From assembly GCA_034179945.1 (NCBI GenBank), contig JAXFPD010000017.1, positions 66,238-130,237 of the forward strand: 64,000 nucleotides of DNA, in the 5' to 3' direction. Shown here piece by piece: positions 46,980-55,458 of this stretch. Positions within the stretch are counted from its first letter, which is position 1. Each line of letters begins with the position of its first letter. The stretch is from Corynebacterium sp. Lineage in GTDB: Bacteria > Actinomycetota > Actinomycetes > Mycobacteriales > Mycobacteriaceae. The position numbers and the translations under genes were made by a program. Under the pieces are notes generated by a model. The model worked only from the letters and a program-made list of their open reading frames with translations, searched no databases and was not told the origin of the DNA.

Positions 46980-48656
46980 ATGAATACGTCGTGGAAACAA
47001 TCGCCGACGCGGATGCGTCGACTTGCCCAATGTGCTGCCCGGACTGTGCTGAGTGCCGGCGGTGGTGTTGCCGTGTATTTCTCGTATGAACCGTATAGTC
47101 AGTGGCGGGCGGCGATCATTGGCACCGGCCTGCTCATTGTGGCGCTTACCGCGTGGGGTGAATTCGGGAAGTTGTGCGAGGCCCAGGAGGATGGTGTGGG
47201 TGAGCAGCCGGAGGATCGCGGTGTGCGCCTTGGCACTGCGGCCTGGCTCGGGTTCGTCCACTTCCTCGCCCTGTACCTGCTGCTTCTGCCGTGGGTGGGG
47301 GAGTTTGTGGGGGCGGCCCCGTATCTGGCGTTGGCCGCCTTCGAGGCACTCTTTGGGATTCTCACCGGCATTGGTGGGGCGATCATTCTCCGCGCCCGCA
47401 AGCTGATCTGGGCCTTTCCGCTGTGGTACGTGGCTGTGGAATGGTTGCGCTCAACGGTGCCGTTCGGCGGTTTCGGTTGGGTGCGGTTGAGCTGGGGACA
47501 GATCGATGGGCTGTTGTCCAACCTTGCGCCCCTCGGCGGACCCGTCCTCGTTACTGCTGCTGCCGTGTGGGTGGCGGTTGGCCTAGTTTTAATGGCTCAG
47601 CGCCAACTTGTTACCGCAGCGGTCTCCATCGGGGTGCCGGTGGCGTTGTCGCTGGCGATGATCCCGGTGATCTGGCAGCCGGGTGACACGCCGGAGGACC
47701 CCGCTCAGTCAGTCACGGTTGCCGCGATCCAGGGCAACGTTCCCCGCATGGGCTTGGACTTCAACGCGCAGCGCCGTGCGGTGTTGGCCAACCATGTGGA
47801 GGAGACGAAGCGGCTTGCCGCCGAGCAGCCGAATGTGGTGGATTTTGCGATCTGGCCGGAGAACTCCTCGGACGTGAACCCGTTTACGGATACCTCGGCC
47901 ATGATGATGATCTACGATGCGGCGAGTACTCTTGAGGCCCCAGTGATGGTGGGCACGATCACCCAGGATGCGGTAGGGGTGCGCAACACCATGATCAACT
48001 TCGACCCCACGGTCGGCTTCGGTGACTATCACTTCAAGAAGTATCTTCAGCCGTTCGGGGAGACGATGCCGATGCGTGACTTCTTCCGTCGGTTCTCCGA
48101 GTATGTGAATCAGGCGGGTGATTTCAAACCGGGCACGGACAGTGGCGTGATTGCGCTGCGCCGTGCGAGCATTACAGGCCTCGCAGATGAACAGGACACC
48201 ACACAGAAAGAGAAACAACCAACAGTCACAGTGGGGGTGGCGACCTGCTATGAGGTGGCCTTCGACCCCGCCTACCGGGATGCGGTGAGGGCCGGTGCGC
48301 AGATTCTGGCCACTCCCACCAACAATGCCACGTTTGGTTTTACCAACATGACCTACCAGCAGCTGGCAATGAGTCGGTTCCGCGCCATGGAGCTCGACCG
48401 GGCGGTTGTGGTGGCCGCAACCTCGGGGGTCTCGGCGATGGTGTTGCCCGACGGCACGGTTACCCAGCAGAGTGAGATTTTTACTCCTGCCCACCTCGTG
48501 GAGACCTTGCCGCTGCGGGAGTCGATCACCCCGGCGGCGCGGTTTGGCACCTACCTAGAGTGGCTGCTCACTATCATGGGAGGTGTTGCTGTGGTCGGCG
48601 CCTGGCTGGTCACACGGAAACACAAGACAGCACAAGACAGGACGCAACAGCCATGA
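46980..48656 (+). CDS. lnt: apolipoprotein N-acyltransferase (Lnt / corynebacterial Ppm2)
   Basis: A multi-TM N-terminal half is followed by a CN-hydrolase domain with the catalytic Cys (VATCYEVAF). The stop overlaps the ppm1 start as ATGA. Confidence 0.85.
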   Translation: MNTSWKQSPTRMRRLAQCAARTVLSAGGGVAVYFSYEPYSQWRAAIIGTGLLIVALTAWGEFGKLCEAQEDGVGEQPEDRGVRLGTAAWLGFVHFLALYLLLLPWVGEFVGAAPYLALAAFEALFGILTGIGGAIILRARKLIWAFPLWYVAVEWLRSTVPFGGFGWVRLSWGQIDGLLSNLAPLGGPVLVTAAAVWVAVGLVLMAQRQLVTAAVSIGVPVALSLAMIPVIWQPGDTPEDPAQSVTVAAIQGNVPRMGLDFNAQRRAVLANHVEETKRLAAEQPNVVDFAIWPENSSDVNPFTDTSAMMMIYDAASTLEAPVMVGTITQDAVGVRNTMINFDPTVGFGDYHFKKYLQPFGETMPMRDFFRRFSEYVNQAGDFKPGTDSGVIALRRASITGLADEQDTTQKEKQPTVTVGVATCYEVAFDPAYRDAVRAGAQILATPTNNATFGFTNMTYQQLAMSRFRAMELDRAVVVAATSGVSAMVLPDGTVTQQSEIFTPAHLVETLPLRESITPAARFGTYLEWLLTIMGGVAVVGAWLVTRKHKTAQDRTQQP

Positions 48657-49399
48657 GAACACTTCGTACCCTGGTCATCATCCCCACCTACAACGAGATC
48701 GAGAACCTTCCGCTCATCACAAAGCGGCTCCGCGATGCGGAACCGGAGGTGCACATTCTCATTGTGGACGATTCCTCCCCGGACGGCACCGGTGAGAAGG
48801 CCGAGGAGATGGCCGCTGCAGATGACCACCTTCACGTTCACCACCGCGCGGAGAAGGATGGCCTTCTCGGGGCCTATATTGCTGGTTTCCGGTGGGGGAT
48901 GGAGCACGATTATGAGGTGCTCTGTGAGATGGATGCCGATGGTTCTCACCGCCCGGAGGAGCTCTATCGCCTCCTCGAAGAGGTTGAGCACGGTGCGGAC
49001 ATGGTCATTGGGTCGCGCTATGTTTCCGGCGGTAAGGTTGTGAACTGGCCGGCACAGCGCTACGCGCTGTCAAAGGGCGGCAACCTGTACATCTCGGCAT
49101 TGTTGGGGGCTGGCCTGTCGGATATGACGGCGGGCTACCGCGCCTACCGGCGGGAAGTTCTCGAGGCGATTGATCTGGATTCCCTGTCGCGCAAGGGCTA
49201 TATCTTCCAGGTGGATATTGCCTTCCGGGCGAAGCAGGCGGGTTTTGACATCCGCGAGGTCCCGATCACTTTCCAGGATCGGGAGTTCGGGGAGTCGAAG
49301 TTGGATTCCTCCTTTGTCAAGGATTCTCTCCTCGAGGTGACAAAGTGGGGTGTTGATCACCGCGTCAGCCAGGTGAAGAAGCTCCTTGGCAAGGAGTAG
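48653..49399 (+). CDS. ppm1: polyprenol monophosphomannose synthase
   Basis: GT2 motifs are present: VIIPTYNE, VDDSSPDGT and EMDADGSH. Confidence 0.9.
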   Translation: MRTLRTLVIIPTYNEIENLPLITKRLRDAEPEVHILIVDDSSPDGTGEKAEEMAAADDHLHVHHRAEKDGLLGAYIAGFRWGMEHDYEVLCEMDADGSHRPEELYRLLEEVEHGADMVIGSRYVSGGKVVNWPAQRYALSKGGNLYISALLGAGLSDMTAGYRAYRREVLEAIDLDSLSRKGYIFQVDIAFRAKQAGFDIREVPITFQDREFGESKLDSSFVKDSLLEVTKWGVDHRVSQVKKLLGKE

Positions 49400-49402
49400 A
49401 AG

Positions 49403-50474
49403 TTAGATGAACCGCTCGGTGGAGTTGTTGGCGATGAATTGCATGACCCCGCTGCCTGTGATGCCCTTGACGTAGGAGGCGTAGGGCTCGGGGATGAGGT
49501 CGGTCTCATCAACGAGCTTGCCAAGGAGGGCGACAACGATGATGAGCACGAGCGGGATGCCGACGAGGACGGCGAGGAGGGCGTCGCGCTTCTGGGGTCC
49601 GCCCTCGGAGCTGAGGGCGTCACTGAGGTTGGCATCCTCACTGGAGGAGAAGTACACGGACAGGTTGGAGAGCGCCTTCTCCTGGATGGCATCGTAGAGA
49701 GCCTGGAGGATGGCTTCGCCGGCGTTGTCCCATTGGGTGTAGGCGGTTCCTCCGAGGTCCTTTTCGCCCTGGCTTGCGAGCGTGGTGTTCTTGGTGACAA
49801 CGCGCAGGTCCACAGAGGGCTGATCCTTTGATGATGTCACCAGTTCAGGGCGCTTGTAGTCATCGGCTGCGCTGCATCCGACATCGGTGTAGTTGACGTC
49901 GGAGCGGAACGCGAGCTGGAGGCTTTCGCCGTGCATGCGGCGTTGGACAATTTCACTGGTCAGTCCGGTCGTGCATTCGGGGTCCTTGGCGGGGGCATCC
50001 CCGAGGACGATGACGACGCGGTTGGCGCTGCCCACCGACCAGCTGGCATCCAGTGCCGTCCAGATGCCGAAGAGAACCGATTCGGGGGTTGTCGTAGCTG
50101 TTGACCGTTTTGGTCAGGCTGTCCACGGCACGTTGGGATTTCTCCTCATCGGTGGTGAGGTCTTGGACGATTTCGGCGGCCTTTCCGTTGGAGAACAGGT
50201 TGCCGGGCTGCCAGTCGCGGTATTGGACGAGGCCGACACGGGAGTTCGGGTTCGCCCGTTTGACAGTGCGGGCAATGGTGGTTGCCTCCTTGCGTGCATC
50301 GGCAATATCGCCTTCCATGGACGCTGTGGTGTCGATGGCAACCATGACCTCAATGGGTGCGCCGTTGGAGTCGGGCAGTGTTCAGTCGTCGAAGTTCTGT
50401 GCGGCGGCTGTGGTCCCAGACAGCGCTACGGCGGCGGCAGTGACCAGGGAGGTAAAAGTTTTCAGTAGGTGCAT
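49403..50474 (-). pseudogene. disrupted vWA-domain membrane-anchored protein gene
   Basis: The signal peptide MHLLKTFTSLVTAAAVALSGTTAAA is followed by an in-frame TGA (complement of 50382-50384) at codon 31. The vWA core then follows (VMVAIDTTASMEGD...). There is a +1 frameshift at a G5 run (50084-50088). Removing one base joins ...NSYDNP to ESVLFGIWTALD...RVVIVLGDAP. A C-terminal TM helix is present. The span is 1072 nt, which is not a multiple of 3. Confidence 0.75.
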
Positions 50475-50869
50475 GGGCTCAGACTATAATAATGAGGGGC
50501 CAAATTCGCGGACTCTACCTGGGGATAACAAGCTCACGGCGCTGCCTGCGTCGTTTACGAACCTGAGCGCACTGGTCGAACTGGACCTGTCGTACAACTA
50601 TCTGCGGTCGCTACCGAGTGACCTCAGTGGCCTCTCCAGTCTGAAGCGGGTCGATTTCTATAGCTTTCTATAGCTCGTTCGATGGCAATGGTGATGGCAG
50701 TAATGACAGCCAAGTCATGATGCCAACGCTCCCAGCATCACTGGAGGAGTTGCGTTACTACAACGACTTCAACGGCCCTGAAGGTTGGCGGGACAGCCTC
50801 AGCAACGCGGGGATTAAGGACACCTTCACGCGGTCGTACTATTACGACACCTACACGCAGACGCTGTAG
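50473..50869 (+). pseudogene. 5'-truncated, frameshifted relic of a leucine-rich-repeat protein gene
   Basis: The translation NKLTALPASFTNLSALVELDLSYNYLRSLPSDLSGLSSLKRV fits two LxxLxLxxNxL-type repeats. A 10-bp tandem duplication creates a TAG. Deleting one copy restores a frame that runs to TAG 50867-50869. No plausible N-terminus exists. Confidence 0.6.
50655..50674. repeat. perfect 10-bp tandem duplication (tttctatagc x2)
   Basis: Read directly from the sequence: gatttctatagctttctatagctcg. Confidence 0.9.
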
Positions 50870-50883
50870 GGGCTAGGTGAGTC

Positions 50884-51279
50884 TTACTCCTCAGAGGATG
50901 CTGTCGCACTCACAGCGGCGGCATCCTCTTCCTTGATGCGGATAGCGCCGCGGCGGCGCTTGCGGAGGATGTCAATGCGCTCGTCGAGAAGCTCCTGCAG
51001 CTCGGCCTCGCTGCGGCGCTCCAGAAGCATGTCCCAGTGTGTGCGCGGGGGCTTGACGTCCTTCGTGTCCTGGCCGTCACCCTCAATGAGGGTGCCCATT
51101 TGACCGTTCTTGCACGGCCACTCGGCCGGGATTTCTGCGTCGTCAGCGAAGGGGACCTCAAAAACAGAGCCATCATCAGTGCGGTAGCGCATCATCTGGC
51201 GGGGGGCTAAATCGTGGTCGCGGTCCGTCTCATAACTCACCGCACCCATTCGGGATCCACGCAAAACTCGATCTGCCAT
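50884..51279 (-). CDS. rbpA: RNA polymerase-binding protein RbpA
   Basis: The product begins MADRVLRGSRMGAVSYETDRDHDLAPRQ and includes PPRTHWDMLLERRS, which is characteristic of RbpA. Confidence 0.9.
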   Translation of the reverse strand: MADRVLRGSRMGAVSYETDRDHDLAPRQMMRYRTDDGSVFEVPFADDAEIPAEWPCKNGQMGTLIEGDGQDTKDVKPPRTHWDMLLERRSEAELQELLDERIDILRKRRRGAIRIKEEDAAAVSATASSEE

Positions 51280-51404
51280 GACAATCGCCCTTTCTACTCG
51301 CTACACTCACAGACCACAACGGATCGGACACGCGTTTTGTTCCCGGGGTGGTCCCGTGTGCGTGGTCCGCTGTGGGTTACCCATTCGTGTGTAGAGTACA
51401 CGGT

Positions 51405-51743
51405 ATGGACCACGGGAGAAAGAAACCGCCCACCTGTGCGTGGTGCGGCCAACCCATGACGGTGAGCGGGCGCGGACGGGCCCGGAAATACTGCAGTGCC
51501 GCCTGCAAGCAGCGCGCCTACGAGCAGCGCAACAACCTGGGCAACACGAACATTCCTGCGGAGGCGGTAATCATCACTCCCGCCGAGGCGGAAGCCCTGC
51601 GCGACAGGCTCTATGAGGTGCGGTGTGCAGCAGAGGATCTGCGCACGGCGATAGACGAGGGGAGTGGGGTTGATGAACTGCTCTCCTTGGCGGATGAGTT
51701 GGTGCAGTTGACCAGCTCGGCTGAACGTTTACGGATACGTTGA
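51405..51743 (+). CDS. zinc-ribbon (CxxC...CxxxC) hypothetical protein
   Basis: The segment CAWCGQPM...RKYCSAACKQRAYEQR is followed by a helical acidic C-terminus. The gene is divergent from rbpA. Confidence 0.5.
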   Translation: MDHGRKKPPTCAWCGQPMTVSGRGRARKYCSAACKQRAYEQRNNLGNTNIPAEAVIITPAEAEALRDRLYEVRCAAEDLRTAIDEGSGVDELLSLADELVQLTSSAERLRIR

Positions 51744-51761
51744 TGTAGGATAGGGGCCATT

Positions 51762-52451
51762 ATGACACGCAACAAGCCACTGATTTTTGCCATCGCAATC
51801 GCCATTGTTTTGATCTCCCTAGCAGGTGTTTTGCCGTTGCTCGTGCGGGCCATCACTGGCCCTGGGGTGAAGACGGGCGGAATTGATGTGAGCACCGCCC
51901 AGCCAGCATCTGCTGATCTGGCCGGGGAGTGGACCATCGTCATTGGTGGGGGCAATAATACGAGCTCTGTGGGCTACACGTTCCACGAGATTTTGCCCGG
52001 GGAAGACAAGATGACGTCGGGTTCGACGAACTCGGTGACGGGCACCGCCACGGTCAATGGTAGTACTTTAACTGGGGGAGAGGCAGTTGCAGATCTCTCC
52101 ACTTTGCGCACTGACCTGCAAAAACGTGACAACAAGGTGACGCGGGACATCCTCGAATCAGACCAGTTCCCAGAGGCCCGGTTTACCGTAACCGACCAGG
52201 TCGACCTGTCTGGCCTGCCCGCCGATGGGACTGTGGGAACGGTGACCGTTCCGGGAACGCTGACGATTAAGGGTGTGAGCCATCCGGTAACCCCGGAATT
52301 TGAGGTGTTGCGCACTGGTGAGCGGATCATCCTGGCAACAACGATCCCGATCAACCGGCAGGACTATGACGTGAAGACCCCGGAGTTCGTGGCAGCTGTC
52401 ATTGATGATCAGGGCGAGCTCAACATTCGCCTCGTCTTCGAGCACAAGTAA
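51762..52451 (+). CDS. YceI family (polyisoprenoid-binding) protein with an N-terminal TM anchor
   Basis: The YceI-like segments ESDQFPEARF and GTLTIKGVSHPV are present, and the product ends ...NIRLVFE. Confidence 0.8.
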   Translation: MTRNKPLIFAIAIAIVLISLAGVLPLLVRAITGPGVKTGGIDVSTAQPASADLAGEWTIVIGGGNNTSSVGYTFHEILPGEDKMTSGSTNSVTGTATVNGSTLTGGEAVADLSTLRTDLQKRDNKVTRDILESDQFPEARFTVTDQVDLSGLPADGTVGTVTVPGTLTIKGVSHPVTPEFEVLRTGERIILATTIPINRQDYDVKTPEFVAAVIDDQGELNIRLVFEHK

Positions 52452-52459
52452 TTATTGCA

Positions 52460-52621
52460 ATGCTGTCTGAACGAATGCTGCCGCTGTTGTGGCTGAGATT
52501 TGTGGTCATCATTCTGTTTGGCATCTTCGTGGCCTCCAAGCAGATGTGGGTTCTGCTTATCCTGGCCATCGCGTTGGCGGGATGGACAGCGTTTCAGATT
52601 TATTACGCGATGCGCCACTGA
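52460..52621 (+). CDS. possible small membrane protein (53 aa, two hydrophobic helices)
   Basis: My own translation is MLSERMLPLLWLRFVVIILFGIFVASKQMWVLLILAIALAGWTAFQIYYAMRH. It is absent from the ORF track, probably because it is too short. It starts 9 nt after the yceI stop. Confidence 0.35.
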   Translation: MLSERMLPLLWLRFVVIILFGIFVASKQMWVLLILAIALAGWTAFQIYYAMRH

Positions 52622-52960
52622 GTGCGCCTGTGCCTACCCGGCGGTTCACCGTTCGCCGTGTGGTGGCGGATCGTTTGTTCACATCGGCGCTCTGCCTGTA
52701 GTTATGCGAGTGCAAAACGTCACAGTGACGGTTTGTGGTGGTGTCGGTGGTTATTGGGAATGCGCTCATAGAGGGCCGTTCAGCTGCATTTTTGGAACAC
52801 TATCTGGATAACTGGCCGATAATGTACATTATGTCAGAATGGCGGTGAAGATAACGGGGAACCCGGATGGTTGAAGTTTCGGTTCTCCTCCGGACTCCCC
52901 GGCTTGGTCTGGGGTTTACCGCTGAGGGTTATGTGGATGTGTTCTCTTCTGACTCGTCCG

Positions 52961-53458
52961 TTACCCGAGCGCCGCGATCGCCGCGTCGTAGTTCGGCTCC
53001 TGCGTGATCTCCGGAACCTGCTCGGTGTAGATCACTGTGCCGTCTGCGTCGATTACCACGACGGCACGCGCCAACAGCCCCGCCAGCGGCCCCGTGGTTT
53101 GAACGACGCCGTAGGTCTCACCAAAGTTGTTGCGGAAATCTGATCCGACGGCAACGTTCCCAATGCCCTCGGCGCCGCAAAAACGCGTCAGTGCAAACGG
53201 TAGATCGCGGGAAACGCACAGTACAGCGGCATTATCCAGACCTGCGGCACGCTCATTGAACTGGCGCACACTCATTGCACACACACCTGTATCGATGGAC
53301 GGGAAAATGTTGAGAACGAGGCGCTTACCTGCGAAATCCTTGAGCTGAATATCCTGCAGCTCGGAGCCAACAACCGTGAAATCCGGGGCCGGAGCACCCA
53401 TTGGGGGAAGCTCCCCCGAGGTGGTGATGGGATCACCTGAAAATGTAATAGTAGCCAT
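52961..53458 (-). CDS. tpx: thiol peroxidase
   Basis: The 165-aa product begins [10 protein letters not shown]. It has the peroxidatic Cys (PSIDTGVC) and the resolving Cys region. I used an internal ATG of ORF 52961..53749. Confidence 0.9.
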   Translation of the reverse strand: MATITFSGDPITTSGELPPMGAPAPDFTVVGSELQDIQLKDFAGKRLVLNIFPSIDTGVCAMSVRQFNERAAGLDNAAVLCVSRDLPFALTRFCGAEGIGNVAVGSDFRNNFGETYGVVQTTGPLAGLLARAVVVIDADGTVIYTEQVPEITQEPNYDAAIAALG

Positions 53459-53702
53459 GTCCACGATACTAGCGGGTTTTGTCAGGCGCGGGTTGGTCTG
53501 GATTGTGTTCTTCTCCACGAGATTCTTCGGGTAGTTGTACCGTGGTCTGACTCGCCTGGGCGCGCTTTCTCCATCCAATAAGCTGCTGGTAGGTGTCTTG
53601 TTCTGACTCCATAGCGACACGCTCTCCCAAGTTAACCCTGTGATATGCAGGCACCTGCAAGGCACAAAGTAATTGCATCCCGAACACCCCGCATAACGCT
53701 CA

Positions 53703-54911
53703 CTACCGCGGGGCGGCCAGTGGCCGGAACACAAACTGCGAAATGCCAAGGAGGCGCTGCTTTGCCAGTGCCATGAGGGTGCTCAGGTGCCACAGCCACA
53801 GGCGGCGATACACCGGGTCAAAGCCCTCCGCCCCGGCGAGTGTTTGGACGCCGAGGAACTGATCGCGCATCACCGCCAGCGTGGGCACAATGTGGCCGGC
53901 AAACTGGGTGGAGTGAGCTAGTGCAATGCGGGTGGTGCCACCGGCGAGCTTCGCCATGGCCTCCTCCCCGGTAACCGGATTGAACGAGGGAAGCAGATAG
54001 TGGCGGCTCGCCGTTAAGGCGTGGTCAATGAGGGGGGAATCTGTGCGGGTGAACTCCTGGAAGGCCATCCGGCCCACCGGTGCCAACTCCATATCTGCGA
54101 AGCGGAACAGGGCCGCCCGCTGATTGGCCGAGAGCATCGCCATGTAATCGGCACCGACAAGAGCCGAAATCCGGCGGGGATACAATCCCCCGTCCGGCAC
54201 CGGGGACGGAATGCGGCGCACCGTGATGCCCGGCAGGTCCATCGTGTTGATCCACCCGATAACAGCCGGGTCTGGGCTCACCACATCCACTCGCGCACCC
54301 CGGGCTGTTGCCTGAGAGGCCAGCAAGGGAGCACCGAGGGTGAGCTCCACAACGCTGTCAGAGGAACGCACAGCAGCCCCATCGAGGAGGGTATCGGCGG
54401 CGCGCTCCTGACTGTCGGCCACATCGGTGCGCGTCACCTCGCCCGGTGCGGTCACCACTGTGCGCGGGCCCACTGTGGTGGATACGCCGCCGGCAAACAT
54501 GCCCACCATGAGGGAACTTGTCGGGCTGGTGAGCTCACACAACCGGCGCGGAATCCCAGCCGGTTCGGCGAGGACCTCCGCCCGCACGGAGGGATTGCGC
54601 TGTGGGCGATACACGGCCCCAAGCAGCCCACTGAGCACACTGGCCAGGTCAGGGGCAGTCCACTCCCCGGCCATGAAGCCTTCGGCCAAGCCCAGCCAGC
54701 CCCGGGCGGCGATGCGGTAGAACACCGCGTCGTGGTGGACAGTGAGCGCCCCATCCATCCCGAGCGGCAGCTCCGCCTGGGCGCAGGCGCGCGCAAACTG
54801 TTGTTCTGCGCTGCGGGCGCGGCGGGCCGGAAAGAGCCCGTCGAGCGGAACCGTCACCACGTCGGGCCAGACGACAGCGTCAATATGGGCCAGGTGCGTA
54901 AACTCGGCCAT
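53703..54911 (-). CDS. cyclopropane-fatty-acyl-phospholipid synthase-like (CMAS family) protein with a degenerate SAM-binding motif
   Basis: The N-terminal block [15 protein letters not shown] resembles the CFA-synthase block LGLGESYMDGWW. The expected VLDIGCGWG region reads VVELTLGAP. The gene is coupled to the upstream thioesterase gene. Confidence 0.5.
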   Translation of the reverse strand: MAEFTHLAHIDAVVWPDVVTVPLDGLFPARRARSAEQQFARACAQAELPLGMDGALTVHHDAVFYRIAARGWLGLAEGFMAGEWTAPDLASVLSGLLGAVYRPQRNPSVRAEVLAEPAGIPRRLCELTSPTSSLMVGMFAGGVSTTVGPRTVVTAPGEVTRTDVADSQERAADTLLDGAAVRSSDSVVELTLGAPLLASQATARGARVDVVSPDPAVIGWINTMDLPGITVRRIPSPVPDGGLYPRRISALVGADYMAMLSANQRAALFRFADMELAPVGRMAFQEFTRTDSPLIDHALTASRHYLLPSFNPVTGEEAMAKLAGGTTRIALAHSTQFAGHIVPTLAVMRDQFLGVQTLAGAEGFDPVYRRLWLWHLSTLMALAKQRLLGISQFVFRPLAAPR

Positions 54912-55393
54912 CACCTCTCCCTCAGGTCGGCAGTGCGCGGCGCCATGACAATGGTGCGGAGGGTGGATTCGGCGACGAGGCGGTGGTCACTGGTCATGGT
55001 GACCCGCAGCAGTTGGGTCGTCTTGCCAGCGGAGATGACCGTGGCTACAGCGTGGATCTTCCCGCCGACCTGGACGGGCCGCAGGAAGTTCGTGTTGTTG
55101 TTCACCCCCACCACCGGGGTCACTCCGCCGCCAACGAGGATCCCGAGCATGGAACCGACCGATTCGGCCAACGCGGCATAGACACCGCCGTGCGCCACAC
55201 CCCACGGTTGGGTGAGAGCGTCGGTGACGGTGATCTCCGCTTCCACCTTCTCCGCAGAGGCATAGATGTAGTGCGTGCCCAAGGTGCGATCCAAGGGCGA
55301 GGCCAGCTGTGGGTACTGTTCCAGCTCAGCGGCGCCGAGCGGGGTGTGTGCGGCGTGCGCGAAGAGGTCAAACGTGGACGCGAACGGTTTCAT
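54911..55393 (-). CDS. PaaI-family hotdog-fold thioesterase
   Basis: The segment QPWGVAHGGVYAALAESVGS and the overall length fit PaaI/YbgC-like thioesterases. Confidence 0.75.
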   Translation of the reverse strand: MKPFASTFDLFAHAAHTPLGAAELEQYPQLASPLDRTLGTHYIYASAEKVEAEITVTDALTQPWGVAHGGVYAALAESVGSMLGILVGGGVTPVVGVNNNTNFLRPVQVGGKIHAVATVISAGKTTQLLRVTMTSDHRLVAESTLRTIVMAPRTADLRER

Positions 55394-55458
55394 GTTCGAT
55401 AGAATACTACGCTAACATGGCATTCATGCCTTTATCCCGACAGCCTGTTGCCCAGTAG

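Noticed and set aside
50382-50384. The in-frame TGA in the vWA gene might be selenocysteine or programmed readthrough.
   Set aside because: It sits just after the signal peptide in a non-conserved linker. I see no convincing downstream hairpin. The same gene carries an independent frameshift, so plain inactivation is more parsimonious.
52860-52930. A possible 6C-like or other structured sRNA, or the tpx terminator (ccggactccccggcttggtctgggg).
   Set aside because: Only 4-5 bp stems can be drawn, and the two C-rich loop hairpins typical of 6C RNA are absent. It cannot be supported by eye.
52871-53143. A 90-aa plus-strand ORF and the 72-aa ORF 53469..53687 around tpx.
   Set aside because: The first is antisense to the well-supported tpx gene. 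The second lies in the tpx promoter region, with no SD sequence or motifs and atypical composition.
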